Below are positions 38,425 through 50,900 of a stretch of DNA of 64,000 nucleotides, piece after piece (within the stretch, counting starts at the first letter, position 1; every line of letters starts with the position of its first letter). The stretch covers positions 12,041-76,040 of the forward strand of contig JAQUMN010000016.1 of the NCBI GenBank assembly GCA_028718125.1, in the 5' to 3' direction. Source of the stretch: Kiritimatiellia bacterium (lineage in GTDB: Bacteria; Verrucomicrobiota; Kiritimatiellia; JAAZAB01). A model generated the notes under the pieces. It worked only from the letters and a program-made list of their open reading frames with translations. It ran no database searches and was not told the origin of the DNA. The position numbers and the translations under genes are program-made.

Positions 38425-41400
38425 ATGGAACCGCGTCAGGGACTTTATGACCCGCGCTATGAACACGATGCCTGTGGCGTGGGTTTTGTCGCCCATATCG
38501 ATGGGAAGCCCTCCCATGAGATCGTGGCGCATGGCATCCGGGTCCTGGAGAACCTGCTGCATCGCGGCGCGACCGGCGGCGACAAGACCGGCGATGGCGC
38601 GGGCATCCTGATTCAAATTCCGGACACGTTTCTGCAGCGCGTCTGCGCCAAGCTGGGACTGAAATTACCGCCGGCGGGCGGGTATGGCGTCGGCATGTTC
38701 TTTCTACCTCCGGATCAAAAGCTGGCCGGACAATGCCGGGCGCTCTTTGAGCAGACTGTCGGCGAGGAAGGTTTGTCTTTCCTGGGATGGCGGGAGGTGC
38801 CCGTCAATCCGGCCGCCTTGGGGACCAAGGCCCGCCAGGAACAACCGTTGATTGCGCAATGTTTTATCGGCGGGGGGAGGGATGACCCCGTCATCCTGGA
38901 GTGCAAGCTGTATGTCCTTCGGAAGCTGGCGGAGCGCCGCATCGCGGCGCAGTTGCCGCCGGGAGCGGGCTGTTATATTCCCAGCCTTTCGTGCCGAACG
39001 ATCGTCTACAAGGGATTGTTGCTGGGCACCCAGCTGGGCGAGTTTTACGCCGACTTGCAGGCTGCGGATTTCAGCAGCGCCGTGGCGGTGATTCACCAGC
39101 GCTATAGCACGAACACGTTCCCCTCCTGGAAACTGGCGCAGCCCTTCCGCTACCTGGGGCATAACGGGGAAATCAACACGCTGCGGGGCAACATCCGGCA
39201 CATGCGTTCGCGGGAGGCGCTGCTATGCTCCAAGCGATTGAACGGCGCCATCGCGAAACTCCTGCCCATTATCGATGCCGAAGGCAGCGATTCGGGCTGC
39301 CTGGACAATGCCTTGGAGCTGCTGGTGGCCGGAGGGCGTGATCTGCCGCATGCCATGATGATGCTGATTCCCCAGGCCTGGGGGCCCAAATACCCCATGG
39401 GGCCGGATCTGAGAGGGTTCTTCGAGTATAACTCGGGATTGATGGAGCCCTGGGACGGCCCGGCGGCCGTGGCGTTTACGGATGGCGCCGTGGCGGGCGC
39501 GCTTCTGGACCGCAACGGGCTCCGGCCTTGCCGCTACACCATTACCAAGGATGGCTTGATGGTGCTGGCCTCGGAAACAGGGGTCCTGGATTTTGCGCCC
39601 GGCGAAATCGCCGAGAAAGGCGCCCTGCGCCCCGGCGAAATGATCCTCGTCGATTTTGATAAGCGGCGCGTATTAAAGGACCGGGAGATCAAGAACGACT
39701 ATGCACGCCGGCTGCCGTATCGACGCTGGGTGGAAGAGCACAAGATCATGCTCCATGGCCTGTTTAACGATGTGGCGCCAGTGGTGCCGGACACGGCGCG
39801 GCTGTTCCTGCGCCAGAAAATATTCGGCTATACCCGCGAGGATTTGGAGCTGGTGATCAATGTCATGGCCTCCAAGGCGCGCGAGCCGGTCGGGTCCATG
39901 GGTTGCGACACACCCCTTGCGGTCCTGTCGGAAAAGCCGCAATTGCTCTATGCGTATTTCAAGCAGTTGTTTGCCCAGGTGACCAACCCGCCGATCGATC
40001 CGATCCGCGAAGAGCTGGTCATGTCGTTGATGACCTTCATGGGCAATCCCGCCAATATCCTTACGGAAAAGCCGCAGCATAGCCGCTTGATCAAACTCCG
40101 CCACCCTATTCTTTCCAACGAGGACCTGGGCAGGATTAAAACGCTGAATCTGAAGGATTTTACGATTGCCACCCTGCCGATCGGATTTCCTGCCGACGCT
40201 TCGCCGGAATCCCTGGCGCTCGCCCTGGATCAACTAGGCCGGGAAACGGAAGCGGCGATCCACGCCGGGAGAACGGTGATCATTTTGAGCGATCGCGATT
40301 TGCCGGCGGCGATGATTCCCATTCCGGCCCTGCTGGCGGTATCGGCGGTCAACCAGGTGGTGGTCCGCCTGGGCAAGCGCACCGGCGCGGCCATCATCCT
40401 GGAAAGCGGGGAGCCCCGCGAAGTGCATCATTTTGCTTTGCTGCTGGGCTACGGCGCGACGGCGATCAATCCCTACCTCGCATTCGATATCGTGGCGGAT
40501 ATGGCTTGCAAAGGGCAACTGGAAGGCCGCCTTGGCGTCACCCAAGCCCTGGAAAATTACATCGAGGCCGTTTGCAAGGGATTGCTCAAGGTCATGTCCA
40601 AGATGGGCATCTCGACGTTGCGCAGCTACCGGAGCGCCCAGGTTTTTGAAGCGATCGGGCTAAGCACCGCCTTGATTGAACGCTGCTTCCCGGGTACCGC
40701 CTCCCGGATCCAGGGCATCGGGCTGGCTGAAATCGCCGCCGAAGCGCGCGCGCGCCACGCGGCGGCCTACGACGGCGCGCCGGACGCGCCGCGCGTGCTT
40801 CCCGGCGGGGGCCGTTATCGCTATCGCAAGGATGGCGAGCGCCATCTCTGGACGCCGGAAAGCATAACCAAGCTCCAGCAGGCGGCGCGCAACAACGACG
40901 AGCGCCTTTACCGGGAGTATGCCAGGCTGATCAACGATCATACCCGCCAGGCCGGCACCTTGCGGGGCCTGTTCCAATTCAAAGAATGTCAGGCCATTCT
41001 GATCGAGGATGTCGAGAGCGCCGCCGGGATTATGAAACGGTTCGTGACCTCGGCCATGTCGTTCGGCTCCATCAGCCGGGAGGCGCACGAGACACTCGCG
41101 ACGGCCATGAACCGCATTGGTGCCATGAGCAACAGCGGGGAAGGCGGCGAGGATCCCGAGCGCTACGCCCCCTTGCCGAATGGCGACAACCGCGGCAGCG
41201 CGGTCAAGCAGGTTGCCAGCGGCCGGTTTGGCGTGACGACCGAATACCTCGTGCACGCCCGGGAATTGCAGATCAAGATGGCGCAAGGCGCCAAGCCCGG
41301 CGAAGGTGGACAATTGCCCGGGTTCAAGGTCGGCCCGGAGATTGCGCGCGTGCGCCATACCACGCCGGGGGTGACGCTGATTTCACCGCCGCCGCATCAT

Positions 41401-42939
41401 GACATATATTCCATCGAGGACATCAAGCAGTTGATCTTCGATTTGAAGAACGTCAATCCCGCGGCCAAAGTCTCCGTCAAACTGGTCTCCGAGGTCGGCG
41501 TGGGCACGATTGCCGCCGGCGTGGTGAAAGGCGGCGTGGACAAGGTCCTGATCAGCGGACACGACGGCGGCACCGGGGCTTCGCCGCTTTCCTCGATCCA
41601 CTTCACGGGCGCTCCGTGGGAGCTCGGCCTGGCGGAAACTCAGCAGACGCTCATGCTGAACAACCTGCGCCGTCGCGTGCGGCTGCAGGTGGATGGCCAG
41701 TTGAAAACCGGCCGGGATGTGATCGTCGCGGCCTTGCTGGGGGCCGAGGAGTTCGGCTTTGCCACGGCGCCGCTGGTCGTCTGCGGCTGCGTGATGATGC
41801 GCAAATGCAACGAGAATATCTGCCCGGCCGGGATTGCGACGCAGAATCCCGATCTGCGCAAACGCTTTGCGGGGAAGCCCGAACACGTCATTCATTTCTT
41901 CACGATGCTTGCCGACGAGGTTAGGGAATACATGGCGCGCCTGGGCTTTCGCCGGCTGGACGACCTGATCGGCCGCAGCGATCTGCTGGAAATAAATCCG
42001 GCGATTGAGTTCTGGAAGACCCGCCACCTGGACTTTGCGGCGATCTTCCGGCCGGCGGCCGGGACTGGCCCGCGGCGCAGTGTCGAAGCGCAGCCATGCG
42101 AACTGGAGCAAGTCATGGATGTCGATTTGATCAAGGTTGCCAAGCCTGCCCTGGAGAAACGCGCGGCCGTCGCGATGGATCGGGTCATCCAGAATGTCAA
42201 CCGCGCGACGGGCGCGATGCTTTCCGGTGAAATTGTGCGCCGCTACGGCGGGGCCGGCTTGCCGGATGATACCGTGCTCTGCCGCTTCAAGGGCTCGGCC
42301 GGCCAGAGTTTCGGCGCCTTTGGCGCAAAGGGACTGACCCTGCGACTGGAGGGCGATGCCAACGATTACCTGGGGAAAGGCCTTTCCGGCGCCCGGCTGA
42401 TTGTCGTGCCGCCGGCGGAGGCCCGCTTCGATCCCTCCGCCAATACGATTTGTGGCAATGTGCTCCTGTACGGCGCCACCGCCGGTGAAGCCTACATTTA
42501 TGGCCGTGCGGGGGAACGGTTTGCGATCCGGAACAGCGGAGCGTATGCCGTGGTCGAGGGGGTGGGCGATCACGCCTGCGAATACATGACGGGCGGGCGG
42601 GTTGTCGTCCTGGGCAAAACGGGCGTGAACTTTGCCGCGGGCATGAGCGGAGGGATTGCCTACGTATACGATCCGGAAGGGAGCTTTGACGATCGGTGCA
42701 ATCTGGAAATGGTCGATTTGAACAGGGTAACGGACGCCGCCGATATCCAGGAATTGCGCACGATGCTTCAAGCCCATCTGCACCACACCGGGAGCCGGCA
42801 AGCCGCCCATATCCTGGAGCACTGGCCGGAATCCCTGCCCTTGTTTGTGCAGGTGTTCCCCATGGAGTATCGCCGGGCGCTGGGACGGATGAGCAAAGAG
42901 GACGAAGCCACCAAACGGGAGGGCTTGGCCGATGGGTAA
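38425..42939 (+). CDS. gltB: glutamate synthase large subunit
   Basis: N-terminal Ntn Cys (MEPRQGLYDPRYEHDACGVGF), FMN/Fe-S central domain, GXXG C-terminal domain; about 1504 aa. Confidence 0.95.
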   Translation: MEPRQGLYDPRYEHDACGVGFVAHIDGKPSHEIVAHGIRVLENLLHRGATGGDKTGDGAGILIQIPDTFLQRVCAKLGLKLPPAGGYGVGMFFLPPDQKLAGQCRALFEQTVGEEGLSFLGWREVPVNPAALGTKARQEQPLIAQCFIGGGRDDPVILECKLYVLRKLAERRIAAQLPPGAGCYIPSLSCRTIVYKGLLLGTQLGEFYADLQAADFSSAVAVIHQRYSTNTFPSWKLAQPFRYLGHNGEINTLRGNIRHMRSREALLCSKRLNGAIAKLLPIIDAEGSDSGCLDNALELLVAGGRDLPHAMMMLIPQAWGPKYPMGPDLRGFFEYNSGLMEPWDGPAAVAFTDGAVAGALLDRNGLRPCRYTITKDGLMVLASETGVLDFAPGEIAEKGALRPGEMILVDFDKRRVLKDREIKNDYARRLPYRRWVEEHKIMLHGLFNDVAPVVPDTARLFLRQKIFGYTREDLELVINVMASKAREPVGSMGCDTPLAVLSEKPQLLYAYFKQLFAQVTNPPIDPIREELVMSLMTFMGNPANILTEKPQHSRLIKLRHPILSNEDLGRIKTLNLKDFTIATLPIGFPADASPESLALALDQLGRETEAAIHAGRTVIILSDRDLPAAMIPIPALLAVSAVNQVVVRLGKRTGAAIILESGEPREVHHFALLLGYGATAINPYLAFDIVADMACKGQLEGRLGVTQALENYIEAVCKGLLKVMSKMGISTLRSYRSAQVFEAIGLSTALIERCFPGTASRIQGIGLAEIAAEARARHAAAYDGAPDAPRVLPGGGRYRYRKDGERHLWTPESITKLQQAARNNDERLYREYARLINDHTRQAGTLRGLFQFKECQAILIEDVESAAGIMKRFVTSAMSFGSISREAHETLATAMNRIGAMSNSGEGGEDPERYAPLPNGDNRGSAVKQVASGRFGVTTEYLVHARELQIKMAQGAKPGEGGQLPGFKVGPEIARVRHTTPGVTLISPPPHHDIYSIEDIKQLIFDLKNVNPAAKVSVKLVSEVGVGTIAAGVVKGGVDKVLISGHDGGTGASPLSSIHFTGAPWELGLAETQQTLMLNNLRRRVRLQVDGQLKTGRDVIVAALLGAEEFGFATAPLVVCGCVMMRKCNENICPAGIATQNPDLRKRFAGKPEHVIHFFTMLADEVREYMARLGFRRLDDLIGRSDLLEINPAIEFWKTRHLDFAAIFRPAAGTGPRRSVEAQPCELEQVMDVDLIKVAKPALEKRAAVAMDRVIQNVNRATGAMLSGEIVRRYGGAGLPDDTVLCRFKGSAGQSFGAFGAKGLTLRLEGDANDYLGKGLSGARLIVVPPAEARFDPSANTICGNVLLYGATAGEAYIYGRAGERFAIRNSGAYAVVEGVGDHACEYMTGGRVVVLGKTGVNFAAGMSGGIAYVYDPEGSFDDRCNLEMVDLNRVTDAADIQELRTMLQAHLHHTGSRQAAHILEHWPESLPLFVQVFPMEYRRALGRMSKEDEATKREGLADG

Positions 42940-44422
42940 GCCCGGAGGGTTTTTGGAACACGGCCGCCAGGGTCCGGCCTATCGTCCCGCGGAGGAACGG
43001 ACCCGGGATTTTAAGGCCGTTGAAATTCCGCTCGCGCCGGAAGCGCTGCGTTTGCAGCTGGCGCGTTGCCAGGAGTGCGGGACGCCTTTCTGTCACGGGG
43101 TCGGTTGTCCGTTGGCGAATGTCATCCCCGAGCTGAATAACCTTGCCTGGCAAGAACGCTGGGAAGAGGCGCTCGCGCTCCTGCTGGCCAATAATCCATT
43201 CCCGGAATTCACCGGGCGGCTCTGCCCGGCCCTGTGCGAAGCCTCCTGTGTGCTCGGCATCCATGACGAGGCGGTAACGATCCGGCAAATTGAACTGGCG
43301 GTCATCGAAAGGGGCTTTGACCAGGGGTATCTGCGGCCGGCGCCGCCGCCGGCGCGTTTTGTGGAGCGGATCGCGGTGGTCGGAAGCGGGCCGGCCGGCT
43401 TGGCCGTGGCCGATGCGCTCAACAAGGCCGGCTACCCAGTCGTGGTTTATGAACACGCCGCCAAGATCGGTGGGATCTTGCGCTATGGTATCCCGGACTT
43501 CAAACTGGAAAAAGGAGTGTTGGACCGCAGAATTCACCTCATGGAGGACGAAGGCGTCCGTTTCGAGACCGGGGTCGCCGTTGGGACGGATTTGTCTTTC
43601 CGTTATTTGCAAAGCCGTTACCAAGCCATTTGCCTCTGCGGCGGCGCGCGCGAACCCAGGGATTTGCAGGTGAGCGGCCGCGACCTGGCGGGTATTCATT
43701 TTGCCATGGACTACCTGATGGCCCAGAATTTGAAACACTCGGGCGGCCATGTGAACGCGGCGGAAGATATCGATGCGCGCGGCAAGAAGGTCGTGATTAT
43801 CGGCGGCGGCGACACCGGCGCCGACTGCCTGGGGACGGCCATCCGGCAAGGCGCCCAGAGCGTCATGCAGGTGGAGATTTTGCCGGAGCCGCCGGGCGCC
43901 AGGCCCGCGCACACCCCGTGGCCGATGTGGCCGGCCATGCGCCGCGATTCGACCAGTCATAAAGAAGGGGGCATCCGGCGCTGGGGCGTCAGTGCCACAC
44001 GTTTCAGGGGGCTGAAGGATGCCGTCAGCCGGATAGACTGCGTGGAAGTGCGTTCGGTGCGCCATGCCGATGGACGCCTGGAATTCGTTCCACTTTCGGG
44101 CACGGAATTCGAGCTGGAGGCCGACTTGGTCCTGCTGGCGCTTGGGTTTGTTTCCTCGGATCGGCAGGGCTTTATGAAAGAGCTCGCGCTTGAACGCAGC
44201 GCCCAAGGGACCATTAAAGCCGATGACGATCATCAAACCAGCGTGCCGGGCGTGTTTGTGGCCGGCGACATGCGTAACGGGCCGGCGCTGGTTGCACGGG
44301 CAATTGCGGATGGACTGTCAGCCGCGCGCGGAATCAGGCGCTGGATAAAAAAAGCTGTCGGGGGAAAAGCAAAAGTGGAAGGTGGGAGCGAGAAAAAAGT
44401 GGAAAGTGTTTGGGGTGAGTAA
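42932..44422 (+). CDS. gltD: glutamate synthase small subunit (NADPH)
   Basis: Fe-S Cys motifs followed by FAD/NAD Rossmann VVGSGPAG. 8-nt overlap with gltB. Confidence 0.9.
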   Translation: MGKPGGFLEHGRQGPAYRPAEERTRDFKAVEIPLAPEALRLQLARCQECGTPFCHGVGCPLANVIPELNNLAWQERWEEALALLLANNPFPEFTGRLCPALCEASCVLGIHDEAVTIRQIELAVIERGFDQGYLRPAPPPARFVERIAVVGSGPAGLAVADALNKAGYPVVVYEHAAKIGGILRYGIPDFKLEKGVLDRRIHLMEDEGVRFETGVAVGTDLSFRYLQSRYQAICLCGGAREPRDLQVSGRDLAGIHFAMDYLMAQNLKHSGGHVNAAEDIDARGKKVVIIGGGDTGADCLGTAIRQGAQSVMQVEILPEPPGARPAHTPWPMWPAMRRDSTSHKEGGIRRWGVSATRFRGLKDAVSRIDCVEVRSVRHADGRLEFVPLSGTEFELEADLVLLALGFVSSDRQGFMKELALERSAQGTIKADDDHQTSVPGVFVAGDMRNGPALVARAIADGLSAARGIRRWIKKAVGGKAKVEGGSEKKVESVWGE

Positions 44423-44775
44423 GAGGGGGAAGTAAGGGAGTATGAAACGCTGATAGACAAAGGTTTATGAAGGGAAATGGCAAGGATGAGGCGCCCCCTA
44501 GGGGGCGGGTGCCCGTGGAGCGAGCAAAAGTGGAAAACGGCCTATACTGGCCGCATGAAAAAACAAATAGGTTCACGGTTGGGCTTGCCGCACGTGCAGG
44601 ACGTGCTCAAGCAAGTATTGCGCACCTTGATTCCGCTTGGTAAGCTCAAAGCCCGTTTGGTAGAGATGCCTCGATATCCCCTCTTTTTTTGGTGTTAGGC
44701 CATGGGGGTGGTGTTGTTTTAGTGTGTAGGTGCTTCCGGCGGCACAAAATAAATTTCGCGGAGAGGAGTTGAGCC

Positions 44776-46233
44776 ATGGCATTAAATGATCCGGAGAGAT
44801 ATCCGCGGGAGGCGTGCGGATTATTTGGCGTCTACGGCGTGCCCGATGCGGCGCCCCTGATTTACCAGGGTTTGTTTTCGCTCCAGCATCGCGGGCAGGA
44901 AGGCGCTGGGATTGTAACCAGCGACGGCCAGAAGGTGCGCTCAATCAAGGGGATTGGGCTGGTCAACGACGTGTTTACGGCCAGGTCGTGGGATGAGTTG
45001 CCGGGACACATTGGCATCGGGCATGTGCGCTATTCCACGACCGGCTCCACCCGAATCCAGAATGTCCAGCCGTTGGTCGTGGAATGCAGTGACGGCATAT
45101 GGGCCATCGCCCATAACGGCAACCTGACCAATGCCGGGAGCCTGCGCCGGATGTACCGGGACGCCGGCGCGATTTTCCAGACCAGCACGGACAGCGAAGT
45201 CCTGGTCCATCTGCTGGCCGACCCCATGTATCGCTTGCGCCCGCTACGGGTGGCGCGCGCCTTGAACGAACTCAAGGGCGCTTTTACCTTTCTGCTGATG
45301 ACCCGGGATTGTGTGATGGCGGCGCGGGATCCGCTGGGGTTCAAGCCGCTCTCGATCGGGCGGCTGGGCAAGGGGTATGTCTTTGCCAGCGAAACCTGCG
45401 CGCTGGTCCAGACAGGAGCGGAATATATCCGGGATGTCCAACCGGGGGAGTTGGTGGTCGTGGATAAAAATGGCATGTCATGTTCGCCGTTCGCCTCCGC
45501 GCCGGGTCAGGGCCAGGCGCAATGTATTTTCGAGCATGTTTATTTTGCCCGGCCGGATAGCCAGGTGTTCGGCGAGAGCGTCCATGGCATCCGCTGTCAG
45601 CTGGGATTACGGCTGGCCCGGGAACAGCCGACCGACGCGGATATTGTCATAGCGGTGCCCGACAGCGGCAATGCGGCGGCGCTGGGATACTCGCGGGGAA
45701 GTGGTATTCCGCTGGATTACGGGTTTATCCGCAACCATTACGTGGGCCGGACGTTCATCATGCCGGAGGCGCACCAGCGGTCCGACAGCGCGGACATGAA
45801 ACTGGCGGTGGTCCGGGACGTGGTGAACGGCAAGCGCGTGGTGGTGGTGGATGATTCCATCATCCGCGGGACCACGGCGCGTCGGCGGGTCGCCGCATTG
45901 AAGCAAGCGGGGGCCCGTGAAATCCACCTGCGAATTGCGTGTCCGCCGGTCATGCACCCCTGTTTTTTCGGCATTGATTTTCCCACGCAAGCGGAACTGA
46001 TCGCCGGGCAGCGGTCGGTTGACGAGATTTGCAGATTTCTTAACGCGGATTCGCTGGGCTACTTGAGCATGGAGGGGCTGCTGGCGCCTTTCCGGTTTCC
46101 ACGCGCCTATTGCACCGCCTGTTTTTCCGGGACGTATCCGGTTGATGTCAGCGCGGTACAGGGCAAGACGGCATTGGAAGACGGCGCTCCGCTGCAGCAG
46201 GGTGAAGGCCTGTTGCCTAAATTCAGTTTCTGA
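44776..46233 (+). CDS. purF: amidophosphoribosyltransferase
   Basis: Propeptide then CGLFGV (Ntn Cys), PRTase motif [24 protein letters not shown]. Confidence 0.95.
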   Translation: MALNDPERYPREACGLFGVYGVPDAAPLIYQGLFSLQHRGQEGAGIVTSDGQKVRSIKGIGLVNDVFTARSWDELPGHIGIGHVRYSTTGSTRIQNVQPLVVECSDGIWAIAHNGNLTNAGSLRRMYRDAGAIFQTSTDSEVLVHLLADPMYRLRPLRVARALNELKGAFTFLLMTRDCVMAARDPLGFKPLSIGRLGKGYVFASETCALVQTGAEYIRDVQPGELVVVDKNGMSCSPFASAPGQGQAQCIFEHVYFARPDSQVFGESVHGIRCQLGLRLAREQPTDADIVIAVPDSGNAAALGYSRGSGIPLDYGFIRNHYVGRTFIMPEAHQRSDSADMKLAVVRDVVNGKRVVVVDDSIIRGTTARRRVAALKQAGAREIHLRIACPPVMHPCFFGIDFPTQAELIAGQRSVDEICRFLNADSLGYLSMEGLLAPFRFPRAYCTACFSGTYPVDVSAVQGKTALEDGAPLQQGEGLLPKFSF

Positions 46234-46253
46234 GTAGATACGAGGGAGGTTCA

Positions 46254-47954
46254 ATGAAGGCATCGCCCCATGTGACCAAACACATCTTTATAACCGGCGG
46301 CGTGGTGTCCTCTCTGGGCAAGGGTATCACAGCGGCGTCGCTGGGGCTCCTGCTGGCCCGGCGGGGCTACCGCGTCCGCATGCAGAAGCTGGATCCCTAT
46401 CTCAACGTGGATGCCGGTACCATGTCGCCGTTCCAACACGGCGAGGTGTATGTAACCGCCGACGGGGCGGAAACGGATCTGGATCTGGGCCATTACGAGC
46501 GGATTGCCGGAGTTGCCTGCACGCGCGACAGCAACTACACTACCGGCCGCATTTACAGCGCCGTCATTGCCCGCGAGCGGCAGGGCGGCTACCTCGGCAA
46601 AACCGTCCAGGTGGTTCCGCATATCACCGACGAAATCAAGGCGGCGATCCGTTCACTCGATGGCGACAACGTGGATATTGCCATCACCGAAATAGGGGGC
46701 ACGGCCGGGGATATCGAATCCCTGCCGTTCCTGGAAGCCATTCGCGAGTACCGCCAGGCCATTGGGCGCCAAAATGGTTTGTTTATTCACCTGACGCTTG
46801 TGCCCTTCATCAAGGCGGCAGGCGAGTTGAAAACCAAACCCTCCCAGCAGTCAGTGGGCATTTTGCGGACTATAGGCATAATTCCCGATATCCTGGTGTG
46901 CCGCTGTGAACAACATTTGACGCGTGAGCACCGGGAAAAAATGGCCTTGTTTTGCAACGTGGAATTGAACCTGGTCATTGAGGAAGTTGACGTGGAGCAC
47001 TCGATTTACGAGGTGCCGCTTGACCTGGCACGGCAGAGCATGGACGTGTATATCCTGGAAATGCTGGATCTCCATGTGTGCCCGTTGGCAATGCAGGACT
47101 GGGAAGCCATGCTGACCGCGCAGTTGAATCCGGAAGCCGGCACAGTGGAGATCGCCGTGGTCGGCAAATACGTGAGCCTGAAAGATGCCTATAAAAGCAT
47201 TTATGAGGCCCTGATGCATGCCGGCATTGCGCACCATGCGGATGTCCATATCCGCCGCGTGGAGTCAGAGGATATTGAGAAGCAGGGATGCGAGCCATTG
47301 CTCAAGGGTGTCCAGGGCATCCTGGTCCCCGGCGGATTCGGCGACCGCGGCATCGAGGGCAAGATCGCGGCGGTGCAATATGCCCGTGTTCACGGCGTGC
47401 CTTTCCTGGGCATCTGCCTCGGCATGCAGTGCGCCGTGATCGAATTTGCCCGCAACGTGTGCGCCCTGGAGCGGGCCAACAGCACGGAATTTGAGCCGCA
47501 AACGCCGCACCCCGTCGTGGATCAGATGGCGGACCAGAAGCGCCAGACGGCCAAGGGCGGCACCATGCGGCTCGGACTGTTTCCCTGTGCCCTGGGCGAA
47601 GCCACGAAGGCCCGGGCGGCGTATGGCGCGGCCGAAGTTGCGGAACGGCACCGCCATCGCTATGAATTTAACAGCCGCTATCGCGAAAAAATGGAGGCGC
47701 AGGGCATGGTCTTTTCGGGGATCAATCCGGCATCAAATCTCGTCGAAGTCATCGAACTGGCTGAGCACCCGTGGTTCGTCGCCTGCCAGTTTCACCCCGA
47801 GTTCCAGTCAACGCCGCTAAAAGCCCATCCGTTGTTCAAGCGGTTTATCGGCGCGGCCATGGCGTTCCGGGGTCCGGCGGTCAATCTTGGAAGCCGCGCC
47901 GGTGACGGAGCGGATTCCTGCGGCGGCCACGGCGGCACCGCCGCGGCTACATGA
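46254..47954 (+). CDS. pyrG: CTP synthase
   Basis: [16 protein letters not shown] and GATase GICLGMQ. The ORF runs about 20 aa past the usual C-terminus through a repeat element. Confidence 0.95.
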   Translation: MKASPHVTKHIFITGGVVSSLGKGITAASLGLLLARRGYRVRMQKLDPYLNVDAGTMSPFQHGEVYVTADGAETDLDLGHYERIAGVACTRDSNYTTGRIYSAVIARERQGGYLGKTVQVVPHITDEIKAAIRSLDGDNVDIAITEIGGTAGDIESLPFLEAIREYRQAIGRQNGLFIHLTLVPFIKAAGELKTKPSQQSVGILRTIGIIPDILVCRCEQHLTREHREKMALFCNVELNLVIEEVDVEHSIYEVPLDLARQSMDVYILEMLDLHVCPLAMQDWEAMLTAQLNPEAGTVEIAVVGKYVSLKDAYKSIYEALMHAGIAHHADVHIRRVESEDIEKQGCEPLLKGVQGILVPGGFGDRGIEGKIAAVQYARVHGVPFLGICLGMQCAVIEFARNVCALERANSTEFEPQTPHPVVDQMADQKRQTAKGGTMRLGLFPCALGEATKARAAYGAAEVAERHRHRYEFNSRYREKMEAQGMVFSGINPASNLVEVIELAEHPWFVACQFHPEFQSTPLKAHPLFKRFIGAAMAFRGPAVNLGSRAGDGADSCGGHGGTAAAT

Positions 47955-47957
47955 AAT
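47889..47957. repeat. ~70-nt palindromic repeat element, copy 2 (overlaps the 3' end of pyrG)
   Basis: About 85% identical to 14098..14168. Encodes the pyrG tail ...[17 protein letters not shown]. Confidence 0.6.
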
Positions 47958-47998
47958 TCAGCATCGGAAATCGAAAATCGAAATTTGAAAATTGAGTC

Positions 47999-50900
47999 AT
48001 GCCGAAACGCGAAGACATAAAAAAGATCATGCTTGTCGGGGCCGGTCCGATCGTCATTGGCCAGGCCTGCGAGTTCGATTATTCCGGGGTGCAGGCGTGC
48101 AAGGCGCTCAAGGAAGAGGGCTACGAACTCGTGCTGGTCAACAGCAACCCGGCCACGATCATGACCGATCCGGAATTCGCCGACCGGACCTACCTGGAGC
48201 CGCTGACCGAACCGATTCTTGAGGAAATCATCCGCCGCGAGCGGCCGGATGCGCTCCTGCCGACGTTGGGCGGCCAAACGGCGCTGAACCTGGCCATCGC
48301 CCTTCATGATCAGGGCGTGCTGAAGCGTTACCAGATGGAAATGATCGGCGCGCGGGCGGAAGTGATCCGCAAAGCGGAGGATCGGAACCTGTTCAAGGAG
48401 GCCATGACGAAAATCGGCATGGATGTGCCGCGCGGGCAGTCTGCCCATTCCCTCGCCGAGGCGCTGAAGATTCAGGCCGCCATGGCCGTTTTTCCGCTGA
48501 TCATCCGTCCGGGATTTACCTTGGGCGGGTCCGGCGGGGGCATTGCCCGGAATGAGGCGGAATTTAGGACCATCGTGGAGCGCGGTCTGGCATACAGCCT
48601 CAATTCCGAGGTGCTGATCGAGGAATCGGTGATCGGCTGGAAGGAATTCGAGTTGGAGGTCATGCGGGACAAGAAGGATAATTGCGTCATCGTCTGTTCC
48701 ATCGAAAATGTCGATCCCATGGGGATTCACACGGGCGACAGTGTGACCGTGGCCCCGGCGCAGACGCTGACGGATCGCGAATATCAACGCATGCGGGACG
48801 CCACCCTGGCCGTCATCCGCGAGATCGGCGTGGAAACCGGCGGAGCGAATGTCCAGTGGGCGGTCAATCCGGCCAATGGCCGCATGGTGATTATCGAGAT
48901 GAACCCGCGGGTGTCGCGGTCCAGTGCGCTGGCATCCAAGGCCACGGGGTTTCCCATTGCCCGGATTGCGGCCAAGCTGGCCGTCGGCTATACGCTGGAT
49001 GAATTACGCAACGACATTACCCGTGAAACGCCGGCTTGTTTCGAGCCCGCCATCGATTATGTGGTGACCAAGGTGCCGCGGTTTGCGTTCGAGAAGTTTC
49101 CTGCCGCCGATACCACCCTGGGAACGCAAATGAAGTCGGTGGGCGAGACTATGAGCATCGGGCGGACGTTCAAAGAGTCGTTCCAGAAAGCCTTGCGCTC
49201 CCTTGAAACCGGCCGGGCCGGTTTTGGCGCCGACGGCAAGGATGGGCCGCAGGAACGCCTGTCGGATGCCGAATTGACCAGCGAGCTGGAGCGGCCGAAT
49301 GCCCAGCGCCTGTTTGCCGTCCGGGCGGCTTTCAAGCGGGGATGGACGGTGTCCCGCATTACGGAGCTGACGCAGATCGATCCCTGGTTCCTGGGACACC
49401 TGGAGGAACTGGCGGCCTTTGAAGAAGAAATCCGATCGGCGCACAATCTTGACGGGCTGAAACAAAACTTAGCCCTGTTTCGGCAGGCCAAGGAATACGG
49501 CTATTCGGACCGGCAGATTGCCTTCCTGCTGGCGGCCACGGAAACGGGAGTGCGCCAGGCTCGTGAGTCCATCGGCCTGAAACCGGTTTTCAACCTTGTG
49601 GATACCTGCGCGGCGGAGTTCAAGGCCTTGACGCCTTATTATTATTCGACCTATGGCACGATGGACGAATATCGCCCTGACAATCGCCGGAAGATCATGA
49701 TCCTGGGAGGGGGGCCGAATCGGATCGGGCAGGGGATTGAATTCGATTATTGTTGCGTCCACGCCTCATTCGCGCTGCGTCAAGCCGGGTTTGCCACCAT
49801 CATGGTCAACAGTAATCCGGAGACCGTCAGCACGGATTACGACACAAGCGATCGTCTGTACTTCGAGCCGTTGACCCTGGAAGATGTCCTTAATATTTAT
49901 CGCCGGGAGCAATGCTGGGGCGCCATCGTCCAGTTCGGCGGCCAGACCCCGCTCAACCTTACCAAGGCTTTGGAACAGAACGGCGTCCGTATCATTGGCA
50001 CGCCGCCGGCCAGTATCGAGATGGCGGAGGACCGCAAGCTGTTTCAGGAACTGATTACGCGTCTGGGTATCCGCCAGCCGAACAGCGGGTTGGCTACCAG
50101 CGTCGAGCAGGCCGAGCGGATTGCCGACCGGATCGGTTTCCCGATCCTTATGCGGCCTTCCTTCGTGCTCGGCGGGCGCGCCATGGTCATCGTTTACAAC
50201 CAGGAGTCCCTGCGGAAATATATGGCGGAAGCCGTTGAAGTGTCGGAGGATCGCCCGGTCCTGATCGACGACTTTCTCGATAATGCCGTGGAGGTGGATG
50301 TGGACTGTATTGCCGATGGCGAGAGCGTGGTCATCGGCGGGATTATGGAGCACGTCGAACAGGCGGGCATCCATTCCGGCGACAGCGCCTGCATGCTTCC
50401 GGCCCCCACGCTCTCCGAACCGATTAAGGCCACGATCCGCAAGCACACGATCGAGATGGCCCTGGCCTTGAAGGTCTGCGGCTTGATGAATGTCCAGTAT
50501 GCGATCAAGGATGGCGAAGTGTATGTGCTGGAGGTGAATCCCCGTGCCTCGCGGACCGTCCCCTTTGTCAGCAAGGCCATCGGGGTGCCGTTGGCCAAGC
50601 TGGCGGCGCTGGTGATGGCCGGGAGCAAGTTGAAAGGCCTGGGCTTTACCCGCGAGGTTCTGCCGCGGCATGCATCGGTGAAGGAAGCCGTGTTCCCGTT
50701 TGTGCGCTTTCCCGGCATCGATACCGTCCTCAGTCCCGAGATGAAGTCGACGGGCGAGGTCATGGGGATCGACATGAATATCGGGATGGCGTTTTTGAAA
50801 AGCCAGGTGGCCGCGGGGAGTGTGCTCCCGGTTGACGGCAACGTTTTTGTGAGTGTCCGCGACTCGGACAAGGACGCCGTCATTCCCTTGGCGCGGCGCT

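Noticed and set aside
44423-44775. Checked the purF upstream spacer and other intergenic gaps for tRNA, tmRNA or RNase P signatures
   Set aside because: No T-loop GTTCGA/GGTTCGAATCC-like motif, no cloverleaf-compatible pairing and no conserved RNase P boxes were seen.
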